From: Octopus vulgaris
Taxonomy: Eukaryota
Assembly (NCBI GenBank): GCA_951406725.2
Contig: OX597814.1
Span: 8,742,001-8,806,000 of the forward strand
DNA: 64,000 bases
Direction of reading: 5' to 3'
Shown here piece by piece: positions 25,549 through 41,639 of this stretch. Below the pieces are notes generated by a model. That model was given only the letters and a program-made list of their open reading frames with translations, was not told the DNA's origin and did no database searches. The position numbers and the translations under genes are program-made. The number at the start of each line of letters is the position of its first letter. Position 1 is the stretch's first letter.

Positions 25549-25549
<1 letters not shown>
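24280..25549 (+). mobile_element. Full-length defective mariner transposon (irritans-like TIRs)
   Basis: Near-perfect ~38-bp TIRs CGAGGGGCGTTCAATAAGTAATGCC.CTGACCCACTT are flanked by TA. ITQDKTWVHHYDP and QDNAPVH motifs are present, with frameshifts. Confidence 0.95.
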
Positions 25550-25600
<51 letters not shown>

Positions 25601-25703
25601 TATATCAAATTAGAGACAAAACCACTATTATGCAAATCAAACAAAGAAAGACTTAAGCCAATACATAAAATAATTTATATAAATTAAAATTTAACATATG
25701 AAT

Positions 25704-25755
25704 AACCACTACGATCGTTTCGTGTCAGCACATTTTAGACATTCTTCAGGTGGTT
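25704..25755 (-). ncRNA. Minimal type I hammerhead ribozyme (PLE type) with a palindromic stem III
   Basis: RNA reads AACCAC-CUGAAGA-AUGUC-loop-GACAC-GAAA-CGAUC-GUA^-GUGGUU. Stem I has 6 bp and stem III is the palindrome ACGAUCGU. Confidence 0.78.
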
Positions 25756-28700
25756 TCAAAGCCTAAAATATAAAATATAATCAATATTTTACGATATAAA
25801 TATCTATATAATCTAAATAAAATTTACTTATAATAAACTCTATTATTAAGTATGATTATATCAAATCGACTATAATGTTAAATATTAACTTTAATTTATA
25901 AGGTAGAAAATCCATATGCTAATATCCATTTTAGTCTATATCTACTTATATAGATATTAGAAATAACTAATATATATAAATTATCAATGAAAATATATAT
26001 AAATATTATAATCAAGATCTAAATAAACTCTATAAACGATTGTATATAATGAAACCTAATATATTTAATTTCTCATATTAAAGATGAAATAGCTAATTTC
26101 AAAAAACAAAATATACATACACACATGCTCATGCACATATATACATGTATGTATATAAACACATCCAAATACGCACACAAACTCACACACACACATATAC
26201 ATCTACACACACACATAAACATATAGACACAGATATATCCATAATGCAGCCCTACACCTCCACACAACACCTATGCATACTCACACACACACACATACAA
26301 TCAATCATTCATAAACATATACTCTCAACAGGACACTAACACAGGGGAGAAATAACATCCAGTGGCCGCAGATACTCAACCACATACTTAAAGAAATATT
26401 TCATTCTTAGTAAAATAGTATTAAATACTATATACTATATATATGTAATAAACATATATAAACACGTAAACAAATACACACACACATATATATCTATACA
26501 TACACAAATTTAGTAAAATAGTATTAAATACTATATACTATATGTATGTAATAAACATATATAAACACGTAAACAAACATACACACACACACATATCTAT
26601 ACATACAGAAACACATACAGACACGGATATATTCTAAATGCAACCCTACACCTCTACACATCAATTATGCACACCCGCACACACACACATACCAATCACT
26701 CATACATAAACGTATAACACTGCAATACACTAACACATAGAAGAAATAACATAAATAGCCACATATACACAACCACAAACTTATAAGAATATTCCTTACT
26801 CCGTAATATAGTATTAAAAAATACTATAAGTACTAATCAAATTATGAATAGGAAAAAAGTATCTAATATAAATTATGCTATAATATAAGACATGGCCTAA
26901 ACCATCTAAGTCGAAACCTATCTATTTATCAAAAATTATCTAAATTATTTAATAACTAATAACATAGAAAATTACGATAAATAGATCATTACATAAACAG
27001 CAAGATTAACATAAGGAGAATATTATTACACATAAGGCTAATACAATATTAACATTTGGAGATCAAAGAAACTTACCTTCTTAGCGAGTTTTAAATTATG
27101 AACTAAATTTGAATTACAATACAACTTAAACAGCGTTTAAGAAATAACGTTATAATCAGAAAAAAAGAATAAAATTTTGATAAATTCTTTGCGCGTGATG
27201 AACCAACGTTATTTAAAGATTATGAATGGAATATTATAAGTATATCATTGTAAAAGAAATGAATTTACAAAAGAATAAAATCTCTCTATATACTATAGTA
27301 TTCATTAATAAATAAAACAACCTTAATAAACGAAACCCAACAAAACGAATCTAAAGATCAAAAACCACACATTACCAAATACACAAAAACAAACCTCATA
27401 GCAATCCCCCCACATATCATAAATCACCTCCCCCCCATCACATACAAACTAGTACTCATAACAAATACAACCATACCATCAAAAATTCACAGTACAACCA
27501 CACACACGTACACTCAATTATACAAGAAAACATCCAAACATATACATGCACATACACACATACACACACACACACACACATACACGCACAAACACGCATA
27601 TACACACATACACAACCCCATACATACACATACACACACAGACACTCACATACATTCACACACACATACACACACATATGCACACACACCCCACACCCAT
27701 ACACATATACACACTCATACAAACATATACGTTTATGAATGAGTGATTACACTCACTCGCGTGCGAGCATGCACAATCAATGTGCAGAAGCACAGGACGC
27801 ACCATAAACACATCCGCGTCTACATGCACCCATGCATGTACAGATACAATAAGTGTGTGTGGATCCGTGTACGCACTTAGATATGTTTATATACAATCAT
27901 GTAAATTATACTATAGTATTTATTATTGGCTATAATAGGTGAAAATTGATACAGGGTGAATTGGATGAATAAGAGCCACTTATTGTTGAATGTATAGGGT
28001 GGATTAATGTAGTTAACCCCCTACATATTGTGAATGTTACCAATACCTTAGTATCATAGTTTGGGATTGGTGTTCATGGCAGATCTATCTATACTGGTTG
28101 GGGATTGTGGTGTAGCCATGCATACATATATATATATATATATATAGATGTGTGAGAGGGTGCTCGTGCACATTCATGTGCATGTGCGTGTGTGCACGTG
28201 TACTGATATACATATGCATGTGCAAGTGGGTGTATACATAAGTGCACGTGCACATACGTGTGCTAATAAATGCACATGTACTCGTGCATGCTCGCACGCA
28301 TGCACGCTTGCACCCATACTCCTGTACATACTCAAACATACATATAATATTATATTTATGAATTACTATAAAATTCATTAATAAAATAACCATGATAAAT
28401 TACCCAAATTAAATGATTAAAAACCACCTATTATTAAATACCTATGAACACCAGAATTATATAGATTATATAGGGGGAGTTGATTTATGATATGTGGGGG
28501 GATTGCTATGAGGTTTGTTTTTGTGTATTTGGTAATGTGTGGTTTTTGATCTTTAGATTCGTTTTGTTGGGTTTCGTTTATTAAGGTTGTTTTATTTATT
28601 AATGAATACTATAGTATATAGAGAGATTTTATTCTTTTGTAAATTCATTTCTTTTACAATGATATACTTATAATATTCCATTCATAATCTTTAAATAACG

Positions 28701-30153
28701 TTGGTTCATCACGCGCAAAGAATTTATCAAAATTTTATTCTTTTTTTCTGATTATAACGTTATTTCTTAAACGCTGTTTAAGTTGTATTGTAATTCAAAT
28801 TTAGTTCATAATTTAAAACTCGCTAAGAAGGTAAGTTTCTTTGATCTCCAAATGTTAATATTGTATTAGCCTTATGTGTAATAATATTCTCCTTATGTTA
28901 ATCTTGCTGTTTATGTAATGATCTATTTATCGTAATTTTCTATGTTATTAGTTATTAAATAATTTAGATAATTTTTGATAAATAGATAGGTTTCGACTTA
29001 GATGGTTTAGGCCATGTCTTATATTATAGCATAATTTATATTAGATACTTTTTTCCTATTCATAATTTGATTAGTACTTATAGTATTTTTTAATACTATA
29101 TTACGGAGTAAGGAATATTCTTATAAGTTTGTGGTTGTGTATATGTGGCTATTTATGTTATTTCTTCTATGTGTTAGTGTATTGCAGTGTTATACGTTTA
29201 TGTATGAGTGATTGGTATGTGTGTGTGTGCGGGTGTGCATAATTGATGTGTAGAGGTGTAGGGTTGCATTTAGAATATATCCGTGTCTGTATGTGTTTCT
29301 GTATGTATAGATATGTGTGTGTGTGTATGTTTGTTTACGTGTTTATATATGTTTATTACATACATATAGTATATAGTATTTAATACTATTTTACTAAATT
29401 TGTGTATGTATAGATATATATGTGTGTGTGTATTTGTTTACGTATTTATATATGTTTATTACATATATATAGTATATAGTATTTAATACTATTTTACTAA
29501 GAATGAAATATTTCTTTAAGTATGTGGTTGAGTATCTGCGGCCACTGGATGTTATTTCTCCCCTGTGTTAATGTCCTGTTGAGAGTATATGTTTATGAAT
29601 GATTGATTGTATGTGTGTGTGTGTGTGAGTATGCATAGGTCTTGTGTGGAGGTGTAGGGCTGCATTATGGATATATCTGTGTCTATATGTTTATGTGTGT
29701 GTGTAGATGTATATGTGTGTGTGTGAGTTTGTGTGCGTATTTGGATGTGTTTATATACATACATGTATATATGTGCATGAGCATGTGTGTATGTATATTT
29801 TGTTTTTTGAAATTAGCTATTTCATCTTTAATATGAGAAATTAAATATATTAGGTTTCATTATATACAATCGTTTATAGAGTTTATTTAGATCTTGATTA
29901 TAATATTTATATATATTTTCATTGATAATTTATATATATTAGTTATTTCTAATATCTATATAAGTAGATATAGACTAAAATGGATATTAGCATATGGATT
30001 TTCTACCTTATAAATTAAAGTTAATATTTAACATTATAGTCGATTTGATATAATCATACTTAATAATAGAGTTTATTATAAGTAAATTTTATTTAGATTA
30101 TATAGATATTTATATTGTAAAATATTGATTATATTTTATATTTTAGGTTTTGA

Positions 30154-30205
30154 AACCACCTGAAGAATGTCTAAAATGTGCTGACACGAAACGATTGTAG
30201 TGGTT
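30154..30205 (+). ncRNA. Minimal type I hammerhead ribozyme (mirror copy; stem III loop GAUU)
   Basis: AACCAC-CTGAAGA-ATGTC...GACAC-GAAA-CGATT-GTA-GTGGTT. Confidence 0.72.
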
Positions 30206-30781
30206 GTTCATATGTTAAATTTTAATTTATATAAATTATTTTATGTATTGGCTTAAGTCTTTCTTTGTTTGATTTGCATAATAGTGGTTTTGTCTCCAAT
30301 TTGATATAATATAATATTTTACTATAAAATTGGATTCAATCTTAAATCTGATTTTTCCTTGTAAATTTGGATTTATTCCCTAATATTTATTATTATATAT
30401 GTATATATATATATATATATATATAAAACTGAAATGTATTTTTACTGCTTGGATCTCTTTCAATGCTACTACATCCCGTCCGATTCGCTCCAAATTTACA
30501 GGGACATGTAGAATGAGGTGACGATGCCCGTGGGCTACCTTAGAAATCCCTATCTTAAAAGATGTGGTTGCTAGGGGCCATCTTCCTCACTCACGCTATT
30601 TCCTCCATTCCCCTCTCACTCCCCTCCATTTATAACTTTGACAAGTCCACTCCCATTATTTAATGTATCTGTCTGTCACCAACAACACACGAGCATGAGA
30701 ACAAATATTATGAATCAGATATTCTTGCGTTCATTTATGTGTGTGTGTGTGTGTGTTCTATATATAAATATGTATATATAA

Positions 30782-30812
<31 letters not shown>

Positions 30813-31167
30813 TCTATATATAAATATGTATATATAATGTATATATACAAAGTGTATATATCTGTATTTATGTATATTAAACTTTTTCATACTTTTTCAT
30901 AGTTATATATATTTTTAAACAAATTATAAATATAATTTAATAATTTTTAGTTTCAATTTAAATAATTTAAATTTTTCAATTTTATATTTTATATATTTTC
31001 TATATTATATTTTTTTTTAATGTTTTTGTTTTTGGTTTTTCACTGTTTGATTTGCCTATTAGTGGTTTTATCTCTAATTTGATTTATACAGATATATATC
31101 TCATTTGTATACATTTGTATATATAATGTGCGCGCACACACACACACACTCACACACACACACACAC

Positions 31168-31204
<37 letters not shown>

Positions 31205-32014
31205 GTGAGCATTACGTAGTCGGTCAATTCAGCTGGAAATATGCACACCTATGTTAAAAGTGCTGGCAAGTTTGCATGACAACTATTTTTTTCCTCAAAT
31301 GAAAGGTGTCACCTCTAGGACAAAATTCCTCATCTTATAAAATGTGGCCCCAGTAGACCCAAATGAAATCGGGTTATATTAACCAAAATGTGAAAAGGGG
31401 TCTAAATGGGGCTGGAAGGGGATTAAAATTTCAAGGAGTGGGTGTTTAGGAATTCTCTGTTACATCAAGCTAAAAAATTTGCGCCAGCCTTTTAATCGTC
31501 AATGTGTTGCCGTCCATGATGAAGAAGTTTTGAATGCTTGCCATGGTGAGTCTACTGTCGTGAGAAAGAATCACTTCAAAACTTGGTGTTTACGAATTTT
31601 CTTTTACATCAAGTTCAAAATTTTACTCCAGCCGTTAAACTGTCAATACGTTGCTGTCCGTCGTTAAGAAATGCCAGCCATGGTGACTCTACTATCCTCA
31701 GATTCTATCCCTTCAAACTTTGGTTTCCAATATTTTATTTTTATTCAGCTCGCAAGTTCGTCTGTCCCTTTTAAATGTTAGCGTTTCGCTGTCTGCCTTG
31801 AAGCAGACCTTTCCGTTGCCACTGCCTGATATTTATGATTGATCTTTCTAAATATTTTATTTCTCAACTTACTCAAGACCTTTTGTTGTTTATAAATGGG
31901 AGAGAGATAGATAAAGATAGAGAGTAAGAGAAAGCGAGGGAGAGTCCAAGAGAAAAGAAAAGTAAGAGAGTGGGAAAGTGAGAGAGAAAGGAGAGAGAAA
32001 CAAAGACGGAGAAT

Positions 32015-32325
32015 CATCATCATCATCATCGTTTAACGTCCGTTTTCCGTGCTAGCACGGGTTGGACAGTGTGACCGGGGTCTGGGAAGCCAGGAGGCTG
32101 CACCAGGCTCCAGTCTGATCTGGCAGTGTTTCTACAGGTGGATGACCTTCCTAACGCCAACCACTCTGTGAGTGTAGTGGGTGTTCTTTTCGTGCCGCCG
32201 GCACAGGTGCCAGGGGGGCTGGCAGCGGCCACGATCGGTTGGTGCTTCTTACGTGCCACCGGCACAGAAGCAAGTCAAGGCGGTGCTGCAATCGGCCACG
32301 TTCAGATGGTGCTTTTTACGTGCTG
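32015..32325 (-). mobile_element. RTE-tail repeat family copy
   Basis: Has the (CAT)n tail plus the shared core and modules. Confidence 0.75.
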
Positions 32326-32644
32326 AAAGGAAGCAACAGAAAGTAACAACCACACTCTTACCTGCGCGTAGAGTGGGTCACCTTCAGCTAGTATATGTAT
32401 ATATACATATATATGTATGTATATATATGTGTGTATATATATATATACACATATATATACATACATATATATATGTATATCTATGTATATATATACATAT
32501 ATATGTATATATATGTATATATATACATATATGTATATATATACATATATATGCATGTATATATATACATATATATGTATATATATGCATGTATATATAT
32601 ACATATATATGTATGTATATATATATATATATATATATAAATCC

Positions 32645-33765
32645 TTAAGAATGTTTCAGCCTGAAGGCTGCGGCCATGCTGGGGCACCACCGCTGAATGA
32701 GCTACACTAATTTGTGAATTCCACCTCTGATACGTGGCACTTGGTCAACAAGGGAGTTCGATGCTGCTGCCCTCATCTGTGTCTCCTGCCATGAGGTAAT
32801 TTGATCTGGGACCCCCGACAAGAAGAGATCCAGTTTAGTTTTAAAGAAACCCACATCCACACCATGTCTCTCGGGCATTTAGGGAGGATGTTAAAGAGCT
32901 GTGGTCCTCTGAAACCCAAAATGTTGCAATATCTGGACCTGTATTTTGATGGTGATGTTGGAATCTTAGGCACCATGCAGTGGCGCCCCATTCTGAAGTT
33001 GGGGTAACTTTGAATGCCAAAGTTTGAGACAAGACCCTCCAGGATTTTCCAGATGTATATCATCTCTCCCGCCTTCGCTCTAGGGAGAAGAGTTTTAATA
33101 CTTTCAGTCTTTCCCAGTAGCTGATATGTTGCATTGAGACGATCTTCTTAGTGTAGCTTCTTTGAATTGCTTCGAGTTCTGCTGTTAGCTTCATATTGTG
33201 TGGTGACCATAGTTGAGAGCAGTAGTCCAAGCGGCCGAGGACGAAAGTTTTCCACAGGACCATCAGTGTCTTCTTCTCTCTTGTTCTGAAAGTTCGGAGA
33301 ATCCATCCAGCTAGCTGTCTGCATTTTATTACCAAATTAGTAATATGCACTTGGAAAGATGCATCATTGCTCATGTCAATGCCCAGGTCACACATTGATT
33401 TTTACTCAGGGATTACAATTCTTACTGGGCCAGTGTATCCAGTCTGCATATCGTTTACCTTTGTGTGCCGGTAGCACAGGGCCTGGAACTTACCTGCATT
33501 AAACTGCATGTTGTTGTCCTCAGCCCACCTGTATATTGTATCCAACTCCTGTTTCAGATGTGCAATATTTCCAGGGTTTTGTATTGTGTGGGAGACTTTT
33601 GTGTCATCTGCATAGCTAGCAAGGGTGGCCACCTTAGCAACTGAGGGCATGTCTTGGGGCCACTATGAACAGCAGTGGCCCCAAGACAGTGCCCTGTGGA
33701 ACACCACTTGTTATTTGTGTTTCCTTGGAGGTGGCTCCATTGTCCACAACTGCCTGCCTTCTATC
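32645..33765 (-). mobile_element. CR1-like LINE 3' fragment (RT and 3' tail)
   Basis: SGVPQGTVLGPLLF, YADDTK, LDYCSQLWSP and LFSLERRRER motifs; same family as 51635-53100. Confidence 0.88.
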
Positions 33766-35020
33766 ATTAGCAGATAATCTAGAAACTCTTAGGGAAATAT
33801 TCCCAACTAAATTCTTTGTAATAGCCTTAGAGTGATTACTGAAAGAGCTAACATATTTTAAATTAGTTGAGGGTTTATGGTGTGGGAAATATGAATCATT
33901 ATGTAAGTTGAGGGAAATATCCAAAAAGTTGGCTTTAGTTATAACATCGTCAAAAACAATGCTTAAGCCCATGTTTTGGAAAGATTTAACAAAGCTATTT
34001 GTAACCCTTTGTAATTTTTGGTTAGAAGCATTTTGAAGGTAGAGTAGACAATTATCATGATATAGACCTCCACTGATGTTTGGGAATTGGTCAGCCATCT
34101 CATAAAGGAATCTCATAAAGGATATATATACAAACCAAATCAACCAGTTGTGCTGAATCAGAACTGACCATCGTGACATCAAAACTGTCTGGTGTATCTT
34201 TATGGACCCACCCACAGCATGTTATGAAATTTAATAATAGATTTTCTGGCAGCCAACATGACATTAATTTCATCTCTGGTGAGACGTGCTTTGTTGCGAG
34301 CTAGCCAGAGGGCCTTGTTAATTACAATTAGGTTGATAGAGGAATAGAAACTAGAAATGTCAAACCGGATAAACTTAGTGCACTTCTTGTTAGAATTAAA
34401 GCAGTCGACCATTTGGAACGAATTTGACCATAAATTAAGCTTAAATTTTTTTAACTAAGATAGGAATATGTTTGTCTAGAGTATTTTTACTTATTACACC
34501 AATGTCAGAGCTAGAAGGACAAATAGGTCATAAAAGAATGGGTTATTAAAAATAATTTGTTTGTGATCTTTTAAAATAAAATGAGGTTGTTAAGGACCAA
34601 GGGTTTCAGTCTTCATCTGCAAGTCATATTTCTCCATAATTGTTTTAGCCTCAAAGTTGGCTTTCCTGATTGTACTTTTACCCATAATCCTATAATTCTT
34701 TTGTATTTCTTTTCTAAGCAATTCCAAGTAATACTCTTTGGTACACCTGTACAGGTTTCCTGTTTTATCCAATTGAACCAGTATCCCAACAATGCTATGA
34801 ATTTCGTTGGTGATATTGTGAAGATACGTCAGATGTTTATTCCTTAAGGGTGAACGGTGGAGTTTCACATTCCTCACGATAGACCAGAAATCGTCTTCAA
34901 ACTGTTTCAATCTTGGGTTAGGTGGAGGATAGTTTCTAGCTTTAAACAATTTTTTGAATTCAGAAGCTAGATCGTTAGAATAATACCAATGCTTTCTTTG
35001 AAACACATATGTCAGAAGTA
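33766..35020 (-). mobile_element. Penelope-like RT fragment
   Basis: DKTGNLY, FIRFDISSFYSSI, GGLYHDNCL, ANFLDISLNL and SNHSKAI motifs. Confidence 0.82.
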
Positions 35021-35054
35021 AAAATATTTTGCGTTTAACTCCATTAATTTATCC

Positions 35055-35086
<32 letters not shown>

Positions 35087-35119
35087 CTGTGTGTGTGTGC
35101 ATGGAGGCCCATAGCTTAG

Positions 35120-35706
35120 TTGTTACAGACGAGGCTGGCAAATGGCCACGACTGGATGGTGCTTTTTACGTGCCACCGGCATGGAGGCCAGGCGAGGCTG
35201 GCAACAGCCACGATTGGATGGTGCTTTTTACATGCCACTGGCACGGAGGCCAGTTGGGGTGGCGCTGGCAACGGCCACGTTTGGATGGTTCTCTTATGTT
35301 CCACTGGCACTGGTATCACAGCTACAATTTCCATTGATGTTGATCGATTTTGATTTTGATTTTGATTTTCACTTGCCTCAACAGGTCTTCACAAGTAGTG
35401 TTTTGTGTCCCAAGAAGGAAAGGTATGCATAAGTGGGCTGGTTACATCCCAGGTAGAGGCCACGGGTTATGGTCTCACTTGTCCTGCCAGATCTTCTCAT
35501 GCACAGCATACTTTCAAAGGTCTCGGTCTCTTGTCATTTCCTCAGTGTGACCTAAAGTTCGAAGGTCGTGCTTCATCACTTCATCCCAGGTTTTCCTGGG
35601 TCTACTTTTTCCACAGGTTCCCCCAACCGCTAGGATGTGGCACTTTTTCACACAACTATCTTCATCCATTCTCGCCACATGACCATACCAGCGCAGACGT
35701 CTCTCT

Positions 35707-35737
<31 letters not shown>

Positions 35738-36615
35738 CAACATCATCATCATTATCGTTTAACGTTCGCTTTCCATGCTAGCATGGGTTGGACGATTTTG
35801 ACTGAGGGCTGGCGAACTAGACTCCAATCTGATCTGGCAGAGTTATTACAGTTGGATGCCCTTCCTAATGCCAACAACCCTGAGAGTGTAGTGGGTGCTT
35901 TTACGTGCCACCGGCGCAAGGGCCAGTTAGGTGGTACTGGCAAAGTCCACACTCAAATGGTACTTTTTATGTGCCACCTGCACAGGAGCCAGTCCAGTGG
36001 AATTGGCAATGACCTCGCGTGAATGTGTTTTCTTTTCACATGCCACCAACACAAGTGCTATTAAGGCAACACAGGTAACGATCACGCTCAAATGGTGCTT
36101 TTAACATGCTATCGGCACAAAGCCCAGTTTGTTATTCTGGCAACGATCTCACTCGTATGGTACTCTTAGCGATCCACTAGCAACGGATGCCAGTCACCAA
36201 GTTTGATTTCGACTTTGATTTTACTTGCCTCAACCGGTCTTCGCAAGCAGAGTTTAGTGTCCAATGAAGGAAAGGCATGCATAAATGGACTGGTTATACC
36301 CCTGGCATAGGCCACAAGGTTATGGTCTCACTTGCACTTGCTTAGTCTTCTCAAGCAAAGCATATTTCCAGAGGTCCTGGTCATTAGTCATTGCCTAGGT
36401 GAGGCCCAATGTTTGAAGGTCATGCTTCACCACCTCATCCCATGTCTTCCTGGGTCTACCTCTTCCACAGGTTCCCTCAACTGCTAGGCTGTGGCACTTT
36501 TTCATACAGCTATCCACATCCATTCTCGCCATATGACCATACCTTGGAAATTTTACCCATTCCCAACATTTAACAGAAATAAATTTTCCACATTGTGAAT
36601 TACATGGTTCGTTAT

Positions 36616-36650
<35 letters not shown>

Positions 36651-38925
36651 CATCATCATCGTCATTGTCGTGGTTTAATGTCTGCTTTCCATACTGGCAT
36701 GGGTTGGACGATTTCACTGAGGACTGGCAAACCAGATGACTGCACCAGGCTCCAATCTGATCTGGCAGAGTTTCTACAGCTGGATGTCCTACCTAATGCA
36801 AACCACTCCGAGAGTGTAGTGGATGCATTTACGTGCCACCAGCATGAGGGTCAGTCAGGCGGTACTGGCAACGGCCACACTCAAATGGTGTTTTTTCGTG
36901 CCACCTGCACAGGAACAAGTCCAGCGGCACTGGCAATGATCTTGCTTGAATGTTTTTTCACGTGCCAATGGCACAAGTGCCTGTAAGGCGATGCTGGTAA
37001 TGATCACGCTCAAATGGTGTCTTTTACGTGTCACTGGCATGGATTCCAGTTAGCCGCTCTGTCAACAATCATGCTTGGTTGGTGCTCTTAGCAGTCCACT
37101 AGCACAAGATGCCAGTCATCAAATTTGATTTCGATTTCACTTATCTCAACAGGTCTTCGCTAGCAGAGTTTAGTGTCCAAAGAAGGAAAGGTATGCATAA
37201 GTAGGCTGGTTACACCCCTGGCATAGGACGCAAAGTTATGGTCTCATTTGGCTTGCTTGCCGGGTTTTCCCAAGCACAGCATATTTCCAAAAGTCTCGGT
37301 CACTAGTCATTGCCTCGGTGAGGCCTAATGTTTGAATGTCAGGCTTCACCACTTCACCCTAGGTCTTCCTGGGTCTACCTCTTCCACAGGTTCCTTCAAC
37401 TGCTTGGGTTTGGCACTTTTTCACACAGCTATACTCATCCGTTCTTGCCACATGACCATACCAGCGCAGTCATCTCTCTTGCACACCACATCTGATGCTT
37501 CTTAGATCCAACTTATCTCTCAAGGTACTTACACTCTGACGAGCATGCACACTGACATTACACATCCATTGGATCATACTGGCTTCATTCCTTGAGAGCT
37601 TACTCATGTCCTCAGCAGTCATGGCCCATGTTTCACTGCCATGTAGCATAGCTGTTTGTACACATCCGTCAAAAAGTCTACTTTTTACTCTGAGCGAGAG
37701 GCCCTTTGTCACCAGCAGGGGTGAGAGCTCTCTGAACTTTGTCTAGCCTATTCTTTTCATATATATATAGATGTATATATATACATATATATATGTGTAT
37801 GTATGTATTGTAGAGAATGTGACATATTGTGTATATATATTATCATCATCGTTTAACGTCCGTTTTCCATGCTAGCATGGGTTGGACAGTTTGATTGGGG
37901 ACTGGCAAGCCAGGAGGATGCACCAGGCCTCAATCTGATCTGGCAGTGTTTCTACAGCTCTATGCCCTTCCTAATGCCAACCACTCCGTGAGTGTAGTGG
38001 GTGCTTTTTACGTGCCACCAGCACAGATGCCAGGGGAAGCTGGCAACGGCCACAATCGGTTAGTGCTTTTTACATGCCCCTGGCAAGGAAGCCAGTCAAG
38101 GCAGCACTGGCATCGGCCACGATGGACGGTGCTTTTTATGTGCCACCGGCACATGTATCACAACTACAATTTCCATTTGATTTTTTGATGTTGATCTACT
38201 TGACTCAATAGGTTTCCTCAAGCACAGCAGGTTACCCTATGTTCCAAAGTAAGCCCAGCAGGTTGTCCTGTGATCCAAGGTACTTTGGATGGGCTGGGGC
38301 TTCTATGTGAAGCTGGTGCAGGAAATAGCCATGAACTCACATTATTTATCAAGTCTTCGCAGTCATAGAATATGGGGTGATACCTGCTGTACTCTTTCAC
38401 CACAACTCTCTCTCTCTCTCTTACTTCCTGTTTCTGTTGTACCTGTATTTCAAAGGGCCAGCCTTGTCACTCTCTGTGTCACGCTGAATATCCCCGAGAA
38501 CTACGTTAAGAGTGCACGTGTCTGTGGAGTGCTCAGCCACTTACACGTTAATTTCACGAGCAGGCTGTTTCATTGACTTGGATCAACCGGAACCCTCGTC
38601 GTCGGAACCGACGGAGTGCTTCCCAGGATATCTCCAGATGTCTCGGTCTTTCGTCATTGCCTCTGTGAGGCCCAACGTCTGAAGGTCATGCTTGACCACC
38701 TCATCCCATGTCTTCCTGGGTCTACCTCTCACCTGGATTCCTTCAACTGTTTGGGAGTGGCACTTCTTCACACATCTCTCCTCATCCATCCATAGTACAT
38801 GACCATACCAGTGCAAACGTCTCCTTTGCATGCCACATCCAATGCTTCTTATGTCCAGCATTTCTCTCAGGGTGCTTACACGCTTACACTCTGCCAAGTC
38901 TGTACACTGACATTACATATCCAAG
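35120..38925 (-). mobile_element. Head-to-tail cluster of about four 5'-truncated RTE LINE 3' ends with long modular 3' UTRs
   Basis: Repeated RTE C-terminal fragments (MLHGSETWA, RCGVQER, WYGHVL.M.E..CVKKC, GRGRPRKTWDEVV). Most copies end in a (GAT)n tail within (TA)n. Confidence 0.8.
38360..38622 (+). mobile_element. SINE-like repeat inserted in an RTE; related copies at ~43700-43960 and ~44290-44400
   Basis: All three share GCTGAAT.TCCC..AGAACTACGTTAA...GTCTGTGGAGT.CTCAGCCACTT.CACGTTAATTT. Confidence 0.65.
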
Positions 38926-39299
38926 CGTGCAAACCTTTGATGCAACCTTCTCCAATGCAGATCTTCGATGCAGATCTCCAAAGCAACCTTTTCCAATGCA
39001 TATCTTCGATGCAGCCTTGATCGATAGTACCCCTAGGAGGGGGTTAGGTCTAGATCGGGGTTAGTCGCTGCCTTTCAGGTTAACTTAGACTTAGGTTAAG
39101 GTTTAGTTGTGATCCGAACATAACCTCTTCGGACACAGAGGATCGGGAGTCCTTTTGGGCATTCTATTTTCCTTGCTGGAAGCGTTCCCAACCCATGGGC
39201 CAAGTTGGGTCAGATGGTAGGTGTGGTAGTTTCGAAAGGGACAGCATTTGTAACCTTATCACATCTACCGGTCAAACTCCCAGCATATGCGTTCCTGTC

Positions 39300-39653
39300 A
39301 TGATAGTGATTCTGCAGAACTGGGTTGAGTGTGAAAACCAACTTTAAAGAATAAATATAGATTTTTTGAATCAGCAATGCTGTGTTCAGTTAAGTCTTAT
39401 TTGGAGTGAAAAATCAATAAATTGATTCCTTATAGGGTTTTCCATTCAATCAGGATGAAAAATCGATAAACCGATTCCTTATGGGATTTCCCAATCAAAT
39501 TGTCTGTAACCCATTTTCAACCAAACGTTTACCAATTTCAATGGATTTCACTCAAATTTGACATCAGTGTTACTTAGTTTGGTTTGAAACAAAGCACTTG
39601 ATTAGCTTAATAATCCAAACTTAATCCCGGGCAACGCCGGGCTATACTGCTAG
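39300..39653 (+). mobile_element. Helitron 3' terminus (non-autonomous)
   Basis: The hairpin CCCGG-GCAACG-CCGGG (39626-39641) is followed 8 nt later by CTAG|T. The 5' boundary is uncertain. Confidence 0.7.
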
Positions 39654-39679
39654 TATATATATACTGCTAGTATATATAT

Positions 39680-41572
<1,893 letters not shown>

Positions 41573-41639
41573 AACAGTGGTGCATCGGCATGGCTGCAGC
41601 TTTGAGTTGATACTAAAAGATATATATATATATATTATT

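Larger units (their letters stand above)
25603..30307. repeat. Giant inverted repeat: arms 25603 to ~27434 and ~28472 to 30307 (~1.83 kb each), spacer ~1 kb
   Basis: The arms are reverse complements along their whole length with only scattered substitutions. The ORF track also mirrors them (26073/29642 and 26145/29552). Confidence 0.95.

Noticed and set aside
30420-32010. Possible non-autonomous Helitron or other repeat
   Set aside because: It looks repeat-like, but I could not identify diagnostic termini or coding motifs.
33634-34215. ORF fusing Penelope RT to CR1 RT motifs
   Set aside because: It is a chance in-frame junction of two decayed elements; both flanks contain stops and frameshifts.
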